NCBI GenBank assembly: GCA_964476245.1
Contig: CAYYYW010000005.1
Coordinates: 1 to 63,754, forward strand
Direction: 5' to 3'
Source: an uncultured Gammaproteobacteria bacterium
GTDB taxonomy: Bacteria; Patescibacteriota; Microgenomatia; UBA1406; HO2-37-13b
Length of the DNA stretch: 63,754 bases
Under the pieces are notes generated by a model. It saw nothing but the letters and a program-made list of their open reading frames with translations. It did no database searches and had not been told where the DNA came from. Numbering within the stretch: position 1 is the stretch's first letter; each line of letters starts with the position of its first letter. Of the stretch, positions 19,956-28,961 are shown piece by piece. The position numbers and the translations under genes are program-made.

Positions 19956-20624
19956 ATGTTTCAGTTTGTAATATTGCTTTTCCAAAACATTCTTCTTTTT
20001 TTTTTATCACGGCGGACAACCAATAAACTTTTCCAATTCTTAAGAATTTTTATAAAAAAAGAAAGGATCGTTTTCTGGATAATTTCTCTTCTATATTTCC
20101 CGGGGACAATTCTTCATGAAATGAGCCATTTCCTTACGGCCACAATTCTTTTTTTAAAAGTAAAAGATATAAACATATTTCCTGAGATTAAAAAAGATTA
20201 TATTAAACTTGGATCTGTCCTCTACGAAAAAAAAGATTTTGTAAGGGGTTTTGTTATTGGGATTGCTCCGTTTTTTGCCGGAATTTTCTTTTTTTATTAC
20301 CTTTCTATTTTTAATTTGTTTCCTTCAGTCAACTTTTTTCAAAATCTGATCTTTTTATACTTAATTTTTGCCGTTTCATCAACAATGTTTTCATCAAAAC
20401 AAGATTTGGTTGATTTTGTTTTTATTATCCCTTTCATTATCTTTATGGCAGGGGTTTTTTATATTTTTCAGATTAATCTTGACTTTATATTAAAAGATCA
20501 AAAAGCATTAATTAATTTGTTAGAATTTTTAAAAGAGGTTAATTTTTACTTATTTGTTTCGTTATTGGTCAATCTAGGATCAATTATTATTATAAAATTT
20601 CTGACTATTTTAGCGAAAAAATGA
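19956..20624 (+). CDS. Polytopic membrane protein with HExxH motif (putative zincin, DUF3267-like)
   Basis: GTILHEMSHFLTA adjacent to a TM segment; 5-6 TMs. Confidence 0.5.
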   Translation: MFQFVILLFQNILLFFLSRRTTNKLFQFLRIFIKKERIVFWIISLLYFPGTILHEMSHFLTATILFLKVKDINIFPEIKKDYIKLGSVLYEKKDFVRGFVIGIAPFFAGIFFFYYLSIFNLFPSVNFFQNLIFLYLIFAVSSTMFSSKQDLVDFVFIIPFIIFMAGVFYIFQINLDFILKDQKALINLLEFLKEVNFYLFVSLLVNLGSIIIIKFLTILAKK

Positions 20625-20665
20625 TCCTTCGGCAGGCTCAGGATCATAATGAGTGAAATCGAACT

Positions 20666-20992
20666 ATGAAAACATATTTGGCTCAATGCATCAAAATTGC
20701 CGGGGAAGAAATTTGTGGCCCTATTTCTACCTCACCGGGTGAAGAAATTAATATTGCTTGGATTATAAATAAATTGATTGCTTTTGTTTTTCCCTTATCT
20801 GGTATTTTATTGTTTTTTTTCCTTGTCTGGGGTGGCTATGATTTTTTGTTGTCTGCCGGAAACCCTGAAAAAATAAAATCGGGTCAGGCAAAAATGACCA
20901 GCGCAGTTGTAGGCTTCATTCTATTAACTGCTTCTTATCTTCTTGTTCGGTTAATTTCAATGATTTTTGGATTGGGAGGCGGAATACTTTAA
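20666..20992 (+). CDS. Small two-TM protein resembling TrbC/VirB2-type T4SS pilins
   Basis: 108 aa; TM - SAGNPEKIKSGQAKM - TM layout typical of the CPR T4SS_pilin family (from memory). Confidence 0.4.
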   Translation: MKTYLAQCIKIAGEEICGPISTSPGEEINIAWIINKLIAFVFPLSGILLFFFLVWGGYDFLLSAGNPEKIKSGQAKMTSAVVGFILLTASYLLVRLISMIFGLGGGIL

Positions 20993-21085
20993 AATATGGT
21001 AAAATACTCCACGCCTATGCAGAAGTATGTTTGTCCCAAACTTATAACTTATGTTATTGATATTAGTCTGATTGTTTTAAGTTAG

Positions 21086-21113
21086 CCCCCGATTAAATCG
21101 GGGGATTTTTTTT
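21086..21113 (+). terminator. Rho-independent terminator
   Basis: cccccgat-taa-atcggggg followed by T8. Confidence 0.7.
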
Positions 21114-21121
21114 ATCTTAAA

Positions 21122-22456
21122 ATGTTTATAGGAGCTAAGAATGTGGAAACAATTATTCTTTCGGTTGGCGGAAGTCTCGTCGTTCCTAATGGAGGAATAG
21201 ACGTTGATTTTTTAAAGAAACTTAATCAATTTATAAGAGCTCAGGTAAAAAAAAGAAAGCGCTTTTGTATTGTTGTTGGTGGTGGAAAAACAACACGACA
21301 CTATCAAAACGCAGGCAAAGCTGTTATCGGGAAAATTACTAACGAGGATTTGGATTGGCTTGGCATCCACTCCACCAGAATGAATGGGCATCTTTTAAGA
21401 ACAATTTTTCAAGATATTGCCCACCCTCGGATTATTGAAAATTATGAAAAGAGACTGCGCAACTGGAAAGAATCTATAGTTATTGGCGCCGGTTGGAAAC
21501 CGGGTTGGTCTACCGACTATGACGCGGTTGTTCTAGCTCGAGATTATAATGCCTCGGTTCTCATTAATCTTTCCAATATTGATTGGGTTTACGATAAGGA
21601 TCCGGCCAAATTTAAAGATGCTCAACCTATTAAAAAAACCACCTGGGATTATTTTGAAACTCTTGTTAAGAATGAATGGGTGCCGGGAATTAATGCCCCT
21701 TTTGATCCAATCGCCACGCAATTGGCAAAAAAATTAGGAATAACGGTAATTGTCACCAACGGAAAAAACTTTAAAAATTTAGAAAATATTCTTGAAGGGG
21801 AAGGTTTTAAAGGCACGGTTATTACCCCTTTTAAAATTGATGCCTCGTTTTATGACCGGGATTATTTTGAGGGTAAAAAAGGAGAATATCGGTTGTCTTA
21901 CACAAAGTCTTTCATGGGTAATTTAATTCAAAACATAGTTAATTTTTATCGGGCCTTATGCATAAAAACTGTTATCAATCCAAAAAATTGTCTTGACGTT
22001 GGATGCGGCACTGGAAAATTAGTTCATTATTTAAGAATGTTGGGAATAGAGGCCTATGGCATAGAAATATCACCATATGCTTTGTCAGAGGCAAAAAAGG
22101 AAGTAAAACCATATCTTAAATATGGCGATATTACGAAAATTCCCTACCCTGACAACAATTTTGACCTAGTTTCAACTTCTGATGTTTTAGAGCATATTGA
22201 GAGAGCAAAATTAAAAAAAGCAGTTGAGGAGACTGTCAGAGTCTCAAGAAAATGGACTCTTCATAAAATTTATACATTGGAAAATTCTTGGATTACTTTT
22301 TCTCACGGAAAAGATTTTTCTCATCTTTCCGTGTTGAGCAGGAGTTTTTGGTTAAATATGTTTAGAACGATGGAGAACATTTCCGTGATAAGGAAATTCT
22401 TCTTTAAATTACCTTCATTTTTTGAAACGAAATTTTTGTTGAAAAAGAAACAGTAA
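21122..22456 (+). CDS. Fusion of archaeal-type UMP kinase and class I SAM-dependent methyltransferase
   Basis: aa 1-~230 show the amino-acid-kinase fold (SVGGSLV, VVGGGKTTR, GWKPGWSTD). aa ~285-390 show LDVGCGTGK..DLVSTSDVLEHI. GTG 21143 behind AGGAG is an alternative start. Confidence 0.7.
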   Translation: MFIGAKNVETIILSVGGSLVVPNGGIDVDFLKKLNQFIRAQVKKRKRFCIVVGGGKTTRHYQNAGKAVIGKITNEDLDWLGIHSTRMNGHLLRTIFQDIAHPRIIENYEKRLRNWKESIVIGAGWKPGWSTDYDAVVLARDYNASVLINLSNIDWVYDKDPAKFKDAQPIKKTTWDYFETLVKNEWVPGINAPFDPIATQLAKKLGITVIVTNGKNFKNLENILEGEGFKGTVITPFKIDASFYDRDYFEGKKGEYRLSYTKSFMGNLIQNIVNFYRALCIKTVINPKNCLDVGCGTGKLVHYLRMLGIEAYGIEISPYALSEAKKEVKPYLKYGDITKIPYPDNNFDLVSTSDVLEHIERAKLKKAVEETVRVSRKWTLHKIYTLENSWITFSHGKDFSHLSVLSRSFWLNMFRTMENISVIRKFFFKLPSFFETKFLLKKKQ

Positions 22457-22459
22457 TCT

Positions 22460-23515
22460 ATGATTCTTAAAAAAATTACTATTACGAACTTCCGTAATTT
22501 TGATAATTTTGTTTTTTGTTTTAGTCCTTCTTTAACAATTATTATCGGAAAAAACTCTATTGGCAAAACCAATCTTCTTGAGGCAGTTTATTTTTCACTT
22601 AAGAGTCGTGGGTTTCGTGAACAAAAAGAGGAAGAATTAATAAATTACGATAAAATAAAAGCGGATGTTCAAATAGAGTTGGCGGAGCAAAAAGAAGAAA
22701 CAAAATTGAAAATAAACATTGAAAAGAATGATCCACCGGCTAGCGGGGTAGTCAAAAATTGCTTTGTTAATAAAATCAGGAAAAAAAGCTATCAGTATCT
22801 TTTGGAGAGTTTACCTGTGGTAATTTTTTCTCCTAATTTTGTCTATGTTATCGAGGGTGAACCGGGAGAAAGAAGGAGCTATTTTGATATTATTATTGCC
22901 ATTTTTGACATTGAGTACAAAAAAAGACTAGTTAATTACGAAAGTGCCTTGAGAAAAAGAAATAAAATATTGGAATTAGAAAAAAATATTGAAAAACTGA
23001 AAGAAGATTTGGAATTCTGGGATGATTATTTAATTGAGCAGGCAAACTACATAGCGATGAAAAGGCAAGAATTAATAGATTTTTTTAACAAACATAGACA
23101 AGTTGATAGTAAGAACTTCAGCATTGATTATGTAAAAAACGAGTTCTCCCGGGAGACTTTGGATAAAACATTTAAAAAACAATTAATTCTTAAAAAAACC
23201 CTAATTGGTCCCCAAAGAGACGACTTTATAATAAATATTAAGACTCCGAGCGGTTTTAAAAATGTTCACAAGTTCGGTTCAAGAAGCGAGCAGCGACTAG
23301 CTCTTTTTTGGTTGGTTTTAAATGAAATTAATCTTTATCAGGAAATACTAAAAAAACGTCCGCTTGTTCTTTTAGATGACGTTTTTTCCGAACTTGACAT
23401 AACCAATAAAGAACTTGTTTTAAAACTGATTAAAAAATATCAAACAGTAATTACTACAACGGAAGAAAATATTTTAAGCCTTGTTGATATGCCGCATACG
23501 ATAATTAATCTGTAA
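22460..23515 (+). CDS. recF: DNA replication and repair protein RecF
   Basis: Walker A GKNSIGKTN, GPQRDDF, signature GSRSEQRLA, Walker B LLDDVFSELD. Confidence 0.85.
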   Translation: MILKKITITNFRNFDNFVFCFSPSLTIIIGKNSIGKTNLLEAVYFSLKSRGFREQKEEELINYDKIKADVQIELAEQKEETKLKINIEKNDPPASGVVKNCFVNKIRKKSYQYLLESLPVVIFSPNFVYVIEGEPGERRSYFDIIIAIFDIEYKKRLVNYESALRKRNKILELEKNIEKLKEDLEFWDDYLIEQANYIAMKRQELIDFFNKHRQVDSKNFSIDYVKNEFSRETLDKTFKKQLILKKTLIGPQRDDFIINIKTPSGFKNVHKFGSRSEQRLALFWLVLNEINLYQEILKKRPLVLLDDVFSELDITNKELVLKLIKKYQTVITTTEENILSLVDMPHTIINL

Positions 23516-23545
23516 CTATTCCATGTCTTAACAATAAATTTAGGT

Positions 23546-23571
23546 GTATCAATGTATCGATACATTGATAC
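23546..23571. repeat. Perfect 26-nt palindrome
   Basis: gtatcaatgtatc|gatacattgatac, with no loop and no following T-run. Confidence 0.85.
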
Positions 23572-23619
23572 GTGTAATTCAGAAGTCTTTTGATTTAATT
23601 TGATAAAATATTAGAGACT

Positions 23620-23663
23620 GGAGGGTTGGCCGAGCGGTTTAAGGCGCTGGTTTCGAACCCGCC
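23620..23663 (+). pseudogene. tRNA-like fragment (acceptor 5' strand + D-arm + TTCGAA-containing segment)
   Basis: ggagggttggccgagcggtttaaggcgctggtttcgaacccgcc. It has no 3' acceptor strand. Confidence 0.4.
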
Positions 23664-23672
23664 AAAAATTTA

Positions 23673-23708
23673 GGAGAGATGCCGGAGTGGTTTAACGGTC
23701 AGGTTTCG
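23673..23708 (+). pseudogene. Truncated 5' half of tRNA-Ser(CGA)
   Basis: 34/36 identical to the first 36 nt of the intact tRNA at 24051. Broken inside the anticodon, resumes as aaaaccgt at 23751-23758, then ends. Confidence 0.6.
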
Positions 23709-23748
23709 TCACGGGATAAACCCGTGACGCCCCGAGTTAATCTCGGGG
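23707..23748 (+). other. Two back-to-back GC-rich stem-loops inserted in the tRNA fragment
   Basis: cgtcacggg-ataaa-cccgtgacg and ccccgag-ttaat-ctcgggg. Confidence 0.6.
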
Positions 23749-23776
23749 CGAAAACCGTAATTTGTATTTAAAGAAT

Positions 23777-24043
23777 ATGTTTTATTATGTATATATTTTA
23801 CTTTTAACTAATAAAGATATTTATACAGGTTATAGTAAAGATTTAAAGCAAAGAATTAAAAATCACGAACAAGGAAAAGTAGAATCAACAAGAAATTTTA
23901 AACCAGTGAAATTAATACATTACGAGGCTTATATAGATAAGAGCGATGCCAAAAGAAGAGAAAAATTTTTAAAATCAAGTGATGGTAAAGCATTGCTTAA
24001 AAGACAGTTGTCAACTCTACTAAGTAAGTTAGAGTTAAAATAA
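23777..24043 (+). CDS. GIY-YIG nuclease family protein (UPF0213/YhbQ-like)
   Basis: MFYYVYILLLTNKDIYTGYSKDLKQRIKNHEQG. ATG 23777 preferred to TTG 23762. Confidence 0.85.
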   Translation: MFYYVYILLLTNKDIYTGYSKDLKQRIKNHEQGKVESTRNFKPVKLIHYEAYIDKSDAKRREKFLKSSDGKALLKRQLSTLLSKLELK

Positions 24044-24050
24044 TTTGATT

Positions 24051-24137
24051 GGAGAGGTGCCGGAGTGGTTTAACGGTCAGGTCTCGAAAACCTTGAGAGT
24101 CGAAAGACTCACGCGAGTTCAAATCTCGCCCTCTCCG
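24051..24137 (+). tRNA. tRNA-Ser (anticodon CGA), class II with long variable arm
   Basis: Acceptor GGAGAGG/CCTCTCC, D-stem CCG/CGG, anticodon loop CTCGAAA, variable arm GAGTC-GAAA-GACTC, T-arm GCGAG-TTCAAAT-CTCGC, discriminator G. CCA is not encoded. Confidence 0.9.
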
Positions 24138-24185
24138 CATCCTGGAGAATTAGACTATAACGGTTTTGAAATCTTAATAACACTT

Positions 24186-24989
24186 ATGACCTCAATTAAT
24201 TTCAGAAATATCACAGAAGAAGTGGAATATAAAAGAAAAAGAATTACGCGTATTCTGGTTGATACAAAAGATAAGCTTACTCATTTAGGAACAGGTTTTT
24301 TCATTTCAAATACTGACATCTTAACAAATTCTCATATGGTTTTTGGCATGGGTTTAAAAAAATTAGAAACTTTTCCGGATTTCCACAAGACTAATCAAGA
24401 TGAGGATAAGATTATTAAGTACTACAAATTAATAACAACACGATCAGCTATTGAACTTGTCGATAAAACAAAAAAAGCGGTTTTTTTAAAACACATAGAC
24501 ACAAAATACGACATAGCAATTCTAAGATTAAGTAATGGACACAGCTATGATAATTATTTTGAACTGAATATCAAAAATGATATTAATTATGGAGATGATA
24601 TGCAATTTTGCGGTTATCAAACTGCTCCCTATATTGAGCCAATAAATTGGCCGTTTACATATAACACTGGAAAAATTTCAGCGTTTCCTAATACATATAT
24701 TGAGGGTGAAAGATATCCCCATCTTCAAATTAATAGTATTAACTTAGGTGGTAATAGCGGAGCTCCTTTATTTAAAAAATTAGAAAGAAAACCTATTGGC
24801 ATTATTAATGGAAATCAAAAGTGGGGAAATGATAATATGGCCTTCGTAAAAGACGATGGAAATATACAGAAAGATTCTTTCAGAGTTCCATTAAGTATAG
24901 CTTATGCTAGCTCTTTCAAAACATTGATTTCAAAATCGTCTATTTTTAAAACATACACGGACAAGTTGATAAAAAGTTATAAGGACTAA
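24186..24989 (+). CDS. Trypsin-like (S1/Trypsin_2) serine protease, no signal peptide
   Basis: Triad contexts TNSHMV, YDIAILRL, GGNSGAPLF. ATG 24186 chosen because the 24045 start runs through tRNA-Ser. Confidence 0.7.
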   Translation: MTSINFRNITEEVEYKRKRITRILVDTKDKLTHLGTGFFISNTDILTNSHMVFGMGLKKLETFPDFHKTNQDEDKIIKYYKLITTRSAIELVDKTKKAVFLKHIDTKYDIAILRLSNGHSYDNYFELNIKNDINYGDDMQFCGYQTAPYIEPINWPFTYNTGKISAFPNTYIEGERYPHLQINSINLGGNSGAPLFKKLERKPIGIINGNQKWGNDNMAFVKDDGNIQKDSFRVPLSIAYASSFKTLISKSSIFKTYTDKLIKSYKD

Positions 24990-25063
24990 TGGGTTCCAGA
25001 CTCGAGTGCTCCGCAGAGTAATTTTAAGAAGCATTTCGCTTTTTCCCCGGCTTGGTAAAAATA

Positions 25064-25807
25064 TTAAACATACTTACCCAGAACCTCGTTAAATTTTATT
25101 TTTAATATATCAATCAGTGTTTCAATTGAGTCTTTCAAGAAATTAACTCTTCTTGTTTCCGCATAATGCCATAAAACCGGTACTTCCTTAATCTGGTAAC
25201 CCATTTTTTTTGCTAAATACAAAAATTCAAGATCAAAGCCGGCGGAGACAGATGGCCCGTCAATCATTTTTCCAACTTTGAATACTTTTAAGTTTTCGAC
25301 TATTCTCATTGCCGCCTTCTTTTTAAAAATTTTAAAACCACATTGTGTATCGCGGATTCCGCCAAGATTAATAAATAAGTCGCGGATTAAAATAAATCCC
25401 TTAGCCATGATTTTACGGATTAAAGGAGCTCCTTTTCTTATATTGTTTCTTGAGCCAATAACAATGTCGTATTTATCGATGAAGCTTAGTAGTTTATTCA
25501 TTTCTGTAATTGGTGTCGCTAAATCAAAATCAGAAAAGGCAATTATGTCACCTTCTGCTTTCTTAATTCCTTCAATGACAGAAATTGCTTTTCCTTGGTG
25601 AGGTTTTTCTATTAATCTTAGTTTATTGTTAACCTTAAGGTATTTGTCTTCGATTAAGTTTTTAGTTTGGTCGTCCGAACCATCGTCAACGACAATAATC
25701 TCCCAACTAAAATCTTTATTTTTAAAATACGAAAAAACCTTATCTAAAGTTCCTTTTTTAATATTTTCTTCCTCGTTATAAGCGGGGAGTATTAATGATA
25801 GTTTCAT
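25064..25807 (-). CDS. Glycosyltransferase family 2 (polyprenyl-phosphate sugar transferase-like)
   Basis: LPAYNEE, VVDDGSDD, FSDFDL (DxD). Confidence 0.85.
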   Translation of the reverse strand: MKLSLILPAYNEEENIKKGTLDKVFSYFKNKDFSWEIIVVDDGSDDQTKNLIEDKYLKVNNKLRLIEKPHQGKAISVIEGIKKAEGDIIAFSDFDLATPITEMNKLLSFIDKYDIVIGSRNNIRKGAPLIRKIMAKGFILIRDLFINLGGIRDTQCGFKIFKKKAAMRIVENLKVFKVGKMIDGPSVSAGFDLEFLYLAKKMGYQIKEVPVLWHYAETRRVNFLKDSIETLIDILKIKFNEVLGKYV

Positions 25808-27251
25808 GAATTAATTTGTATATTTTAACATTGTTAACCATCCACGTCTCTGCTATTTTGTTGGGGGCAAAATAGGCGATGTCCCATTGAGGATCGCCGA
25901 TTGGTTGGCATTTTTCTTCGCAAATAACAAAAAGTTCATCTGTTTTTTCAAGACTGTCTTTTTCAATCGGTTTTTTTCCCCAAATTTCCAAAAAATACCG
26001 GTAAGTACTGTCAGAATATTTATAAGGCAGGAAAGTGGTGGTAAATTTTTTAGAGCTGGTATTTTTGTATATAATCTCCCCGATCTTTCTTGCTTTGGTA
26101 ATCTGGTTTGAGCCTTTTTGGGAAAGGAAATAGTACCCTTTAGAATTAAAAAATATAAAGACGCTTAAAAAAAACAACATCAGAAAATTGCCGAAAAGAG
26201 AAGTGGTAAATAAGGACAAAAAATGGGCGATTATTACATAATATAAAGGATATAAGACTCCGAAATAATGAGGGTGTTTAGGCCCGCCATATAAAGAAGT
26301 TCCCAATAATAAGAAAACAAAAAATATAAACACGATTCTTAAATTCCCCCTTTTTCGTATTAATAACAAAAACGTAATCAATAGGGCGCCTAAAAAAGCC
26401 ACTAAAAAAATTTTGTTTATCTGAAGATTAAATGTAAATCGATTAAGACTTTCAAACGTCAATATTAAGCTGCTTAATTTATTTGTGGCCATGTTCCCTG
26501 AATTTTTAAATAAGTTGATGAAATTTTTGCTGTTTAAAAAATTATGCCTCAGGTCAAAAATTAAAAGCGGTAAGGAAAAAAATAAAAAAGAAAAAAACAT
26601 AATTATTCGACCTGTCCATCGAACTTGCCAATTCGGCGGGAAAGGCGGGATAATCGAAACGATAATCATGGGCGGAATTAAAAATAAAGCCAGATAATGA
26701 AGCTGAAGACAAAAAGACAGAAAAGAACCGGTCAAAATAAAATATAAAATCCTTTTAGTTTCTAACGCTTTGATCAAAAAATAAATTGTTAAAAGAGTAA
26801 AAAGCGGCAGCAGGTTTGGGTTCCAAGAAAATCGTGAGAAATCTATTAGGACGGAGGAGAAAGTAATTAAAACGGTTGAAATTAGAGCAGTTTTTTTATT
26901 AAAGAGATTTTTAACGACAAAATAATTTATCAGTAAATACAAAGAAGAAAAAAAAGCTACGCCAAAAGCTAAACCTACAGGATTGAACTTAAAAATCAAA
27001 AGCCAAGGAGCAATAAAATAGTAATAAAAAGGACCAAGATAAACTTGTCCTACCGAAGTTGGTGGGCCGATGGCGGGTAAATGTTCCAGTGTTAATATTC
27101 TCTTGATAATTACAGCGTCTCTTCCTTGGTCGCCTAAAAAAGTAACAAATTCTCCCAATCGATAGAATCTTAGGAAAACGCCTATTAAGAAGGTAAGAAA
27201 AACCACAGGGACATATTTATCTTTGAAAATATTTTTTATAATTTTTTTCAT
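25776..27251 (-). CDS. ArnT/PMT-like (GT39/GT83) polytopic glycosyltransferase
   Basis: 491 aa, more than 10 TMs, first-loop motif FYRLGEF..FLGDQGRD. Overlaps the GT2 gene by 32 nt. Confidence 0.7.
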   Translation of the reverse strand: MKKIIKNIFKDKYVPVVFLTFLIGVFLRFYRLGEFVTFLGDQGRDAVIIKRILTLEHLPAIGPPTSVGQVYLGPFYYYFIAPWLLIFKFNPVGLAFGVAFFSSLYLLINYFVVKNLFNKKTALISTVLITFSSVLIDFSRFSWNPNLLPLFTLLTIYFLIKALETKRILYFILTGSFLSFCLQLHYLALFLIPPMIIVSIIPPFPPNWQVRWTGRIIMFFSFLFFSLPLLIFDLRHNFLNSKNFINLFKNSGNMATNKLSSLILTFESLNRFTFNLQINKIFLVAFLGALLITFLLLIRKRGNLRIVFIFFVFLLLGTSLYGGPKHPHYFGVLYPLYYVIIAHFLSLFTTSLFGNFLMLFFLSVFIFFNSKGYYFLSQKGSNQITKARKIGEIIYKNTSSKKFTTTFLPYKYSDSTYRYFLEIWGKKPIEKDSLEKTDELFVICEEKCQPIGDPQWDIAYFAPNKIAETWMVNNVKIYKLIHETIINTPRL

Positions 27252-27256
27252 TTTAA

Positions 27257-28090
27257 TTATTTTTTAAGATGATATCTTAATATATTTAGTGTGCTTTTTG
27301 GTTGGGATCTGAATACGTTATGCTCGGCTTCTTTAATAATGATAGGATTTTTAATCAAGTTTTTCGAGGTCTTTAAAAGTTTGTCGTTGGCTCCATAGAT
27401 ATAGATTGCTTCATTCCCGAGTTTTTTTAATAGCCTGGGCATTTGTAATTCGATTTCTTTGTATGGATCCAGATCAACTAAAGCGTGTGTATCGGTTGTT
27501 TCTAACTCTTTCAAAAGTTGCGTATTTCTTTTTTTATCGGCGGCACCAATAACATCTCTTAAAAGTGGAATAAGTATTTTACTTCTACCCCAGACAGTTG
27601 ATCCCAAAATTCTTTTTATCCAAACTGGTATCAAACTGGCTTTCTTTAATTTTTTACTACTAATTATTAACGGCATCCCTATTAAAATTAATTTACCATT
27701 AATGCCTCCTTTAGAAATTGCTTTAACGGCTACAATCGTCCCTAATGAAAAAGCAATAATTGGTGCTTTTTCCAACAGAGCATTTTTAATAAAGAGATGA
27801 AAAGCTTCAGAAAAAAGCTCGGTGTTGTGTATTTGATTGTTTACGGCTTCTGATGCTCCAAATCCAGGTAAATGAGGAAGATAAACTTTGTAGTATTTGG
27901 CAAGTTCTTTTTCAAAACCTTTCCAAGGATTACTTATCATTGAGCCATGCAACAAAACGATTGCCGTTCCTTTTCCTATGATTGAATAGCTCATCTTTGA
28001 GCCTTTAAAGACGTAGGTTTTATTTTTAGGCAGAAGGCTTCTAGATATTTTAAAAGATTGAAACATAGTGATTGTAAATGTCTTCCTCAA
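27257..28090 (-). CDS. Alpha/beta hydrolase
   Basis: IVLLHGS, nucleophile elbow AFSLGT, C-terminal EAEHNVF. Start uncertain (alternative Met at aa 33). Confidence 0.7.
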   Translation of the reverse strand: MRKTFTITMFQSFKISRSLLPKNKTYVFKGSKMSYSIIGKGTAIVLLHGSMISNPWKGFEKELAKYYKVYLPHLPGFGASEAVNNQIHNTELFSEAFHLFIKNALLEKAPIIAFSLGTIVAVKAISKGGINGKLILIGMPLIISSKKLKKASLIPVWIKRILGSTVWGRSKILIPLLRDVIGAADKKRNTQLLKELETTDTHALVDLDPYKEIELQMPRLLKKLGNEAIYIYGANDKLLKTSKNLIKNPIIIKEAEHNVFRSQPKSTLNILRYHLKK

Positions 28091-28221
28091 AACCAGATAG
28101 CCAAGTTGAGCAATTTGAAGAATTACCCTAATATTTTATCAAAAACATTCAGGATTAGTATATTGCGCTAAGGTAAAAATTGCCTATGATTTTTTTCAAA
28201 TAAAGTTCTAACCTTGACAAG

Positions 28222-28908
28222 TTACTCTGATGGAGCTATACCGTAAATAATCACTTCCGTCCCTGAATTGTCATTTGTGGCAGCAATGCTATTCTTGCCT
28301 TGTAAGTCTGGCTTGGCCCAATAGTAAAGCAATTTTGCGTCTTCAGTCCTCATATTAATACAGCCGTGGGACATCGGATGACCAAAATTGTTATGCCAAT
28401 ATGTTCCGTGGATGCCAAACCCACGCCATTTAGGAACATTTTTATTGTAGAAAAACATGGTATAAGGAACATTAGGAAGATAATAATATGTTCCCAAAAT
28501 TTTTGAACCGCCAGTCATTAAAGTATATCCCAGTTTAATCCAGATACGGAAATTGCCCGTAGGGGTCCTGCCCCATTTTCCAGAAGAAATAACAAAATCG
28601 TAAATTTTTTGGCTATCCTCGTAAGCATAGAGTCGTTGATTAGTCAAATCTACCTCAATTCTTTTAGGCTCAACGTTTTCACCTAAAATTAATTCAGACA
28701 ATTCCTCTTTTTTTAGAAATGACGGTAAACTAACCAGTTGGTTGTCGAAGAAAGCTTTTATCTTCGTTGGATCAAGTTCACCCGTTAAGACATTAATATT
28801 AATTGTTCCTTGGGGTGACAGAAAACCTAAAAAATTAGTTTTGATAACGAACAATGAAACGATTATTAACAAAAAGCCGACAATGAGAATTGTCCACCAT
28901 TTTTTCAT
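28222..28908 (-). CDS. L,D-transpeptidase (YkuD domain)
   Basis: GIHGT..HPMSHGCINM catalytic motif; N-terminal TM anchor. Confidence 0.85.
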   Translation of the reverse strand: MKKWWTILIVGFLLIIVSLFVIKTNFLGFLSPQGTININVLTGELDPTKIKAFFDNQLVSLPSFLKKEELSELILGENVEPKRIEVDLTNQRLYAYEDSQKIYDFVISSGKWGRTPTGNFRIWIKLGYTLMTGGSKILGTYYYLPNVPYTMFFYNKNVPKWRGFGIHGTYWHNNFGHPMSHGCINMRTEDAKLLYYWAKPDLQGKNSIAATNDNSGTEVIIYGIAPSE

Positions 28909-28961
28909 TATTTTATTATAGATTTTGCCAGCAAAATTACCCTCAAATGTAATTAGATATT

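Noticed and set aside
23673-24137. Group I or archaeal-type intron with a GIY-YIG homing endonuclease inside a single tRNA-Ser gene.
   Set aside because: The downstream tRNA (24051-24137) is complete with its own 5' half. Position 7 of the upstream fragment mismatches the 3' acceptor strand. No P1-P9-like structure was recognisable. It was treated as a rearranged locus, and RT-PCR would settle it.
24045-24185. N-terminal 47 codons of track ORF 24045-24989 (MIGEVPEWFNGQVSK..).
   Set aside because: This part is the translation of tRNA-Ser(CGA) itself. The protease start was moved to ATG 24186.
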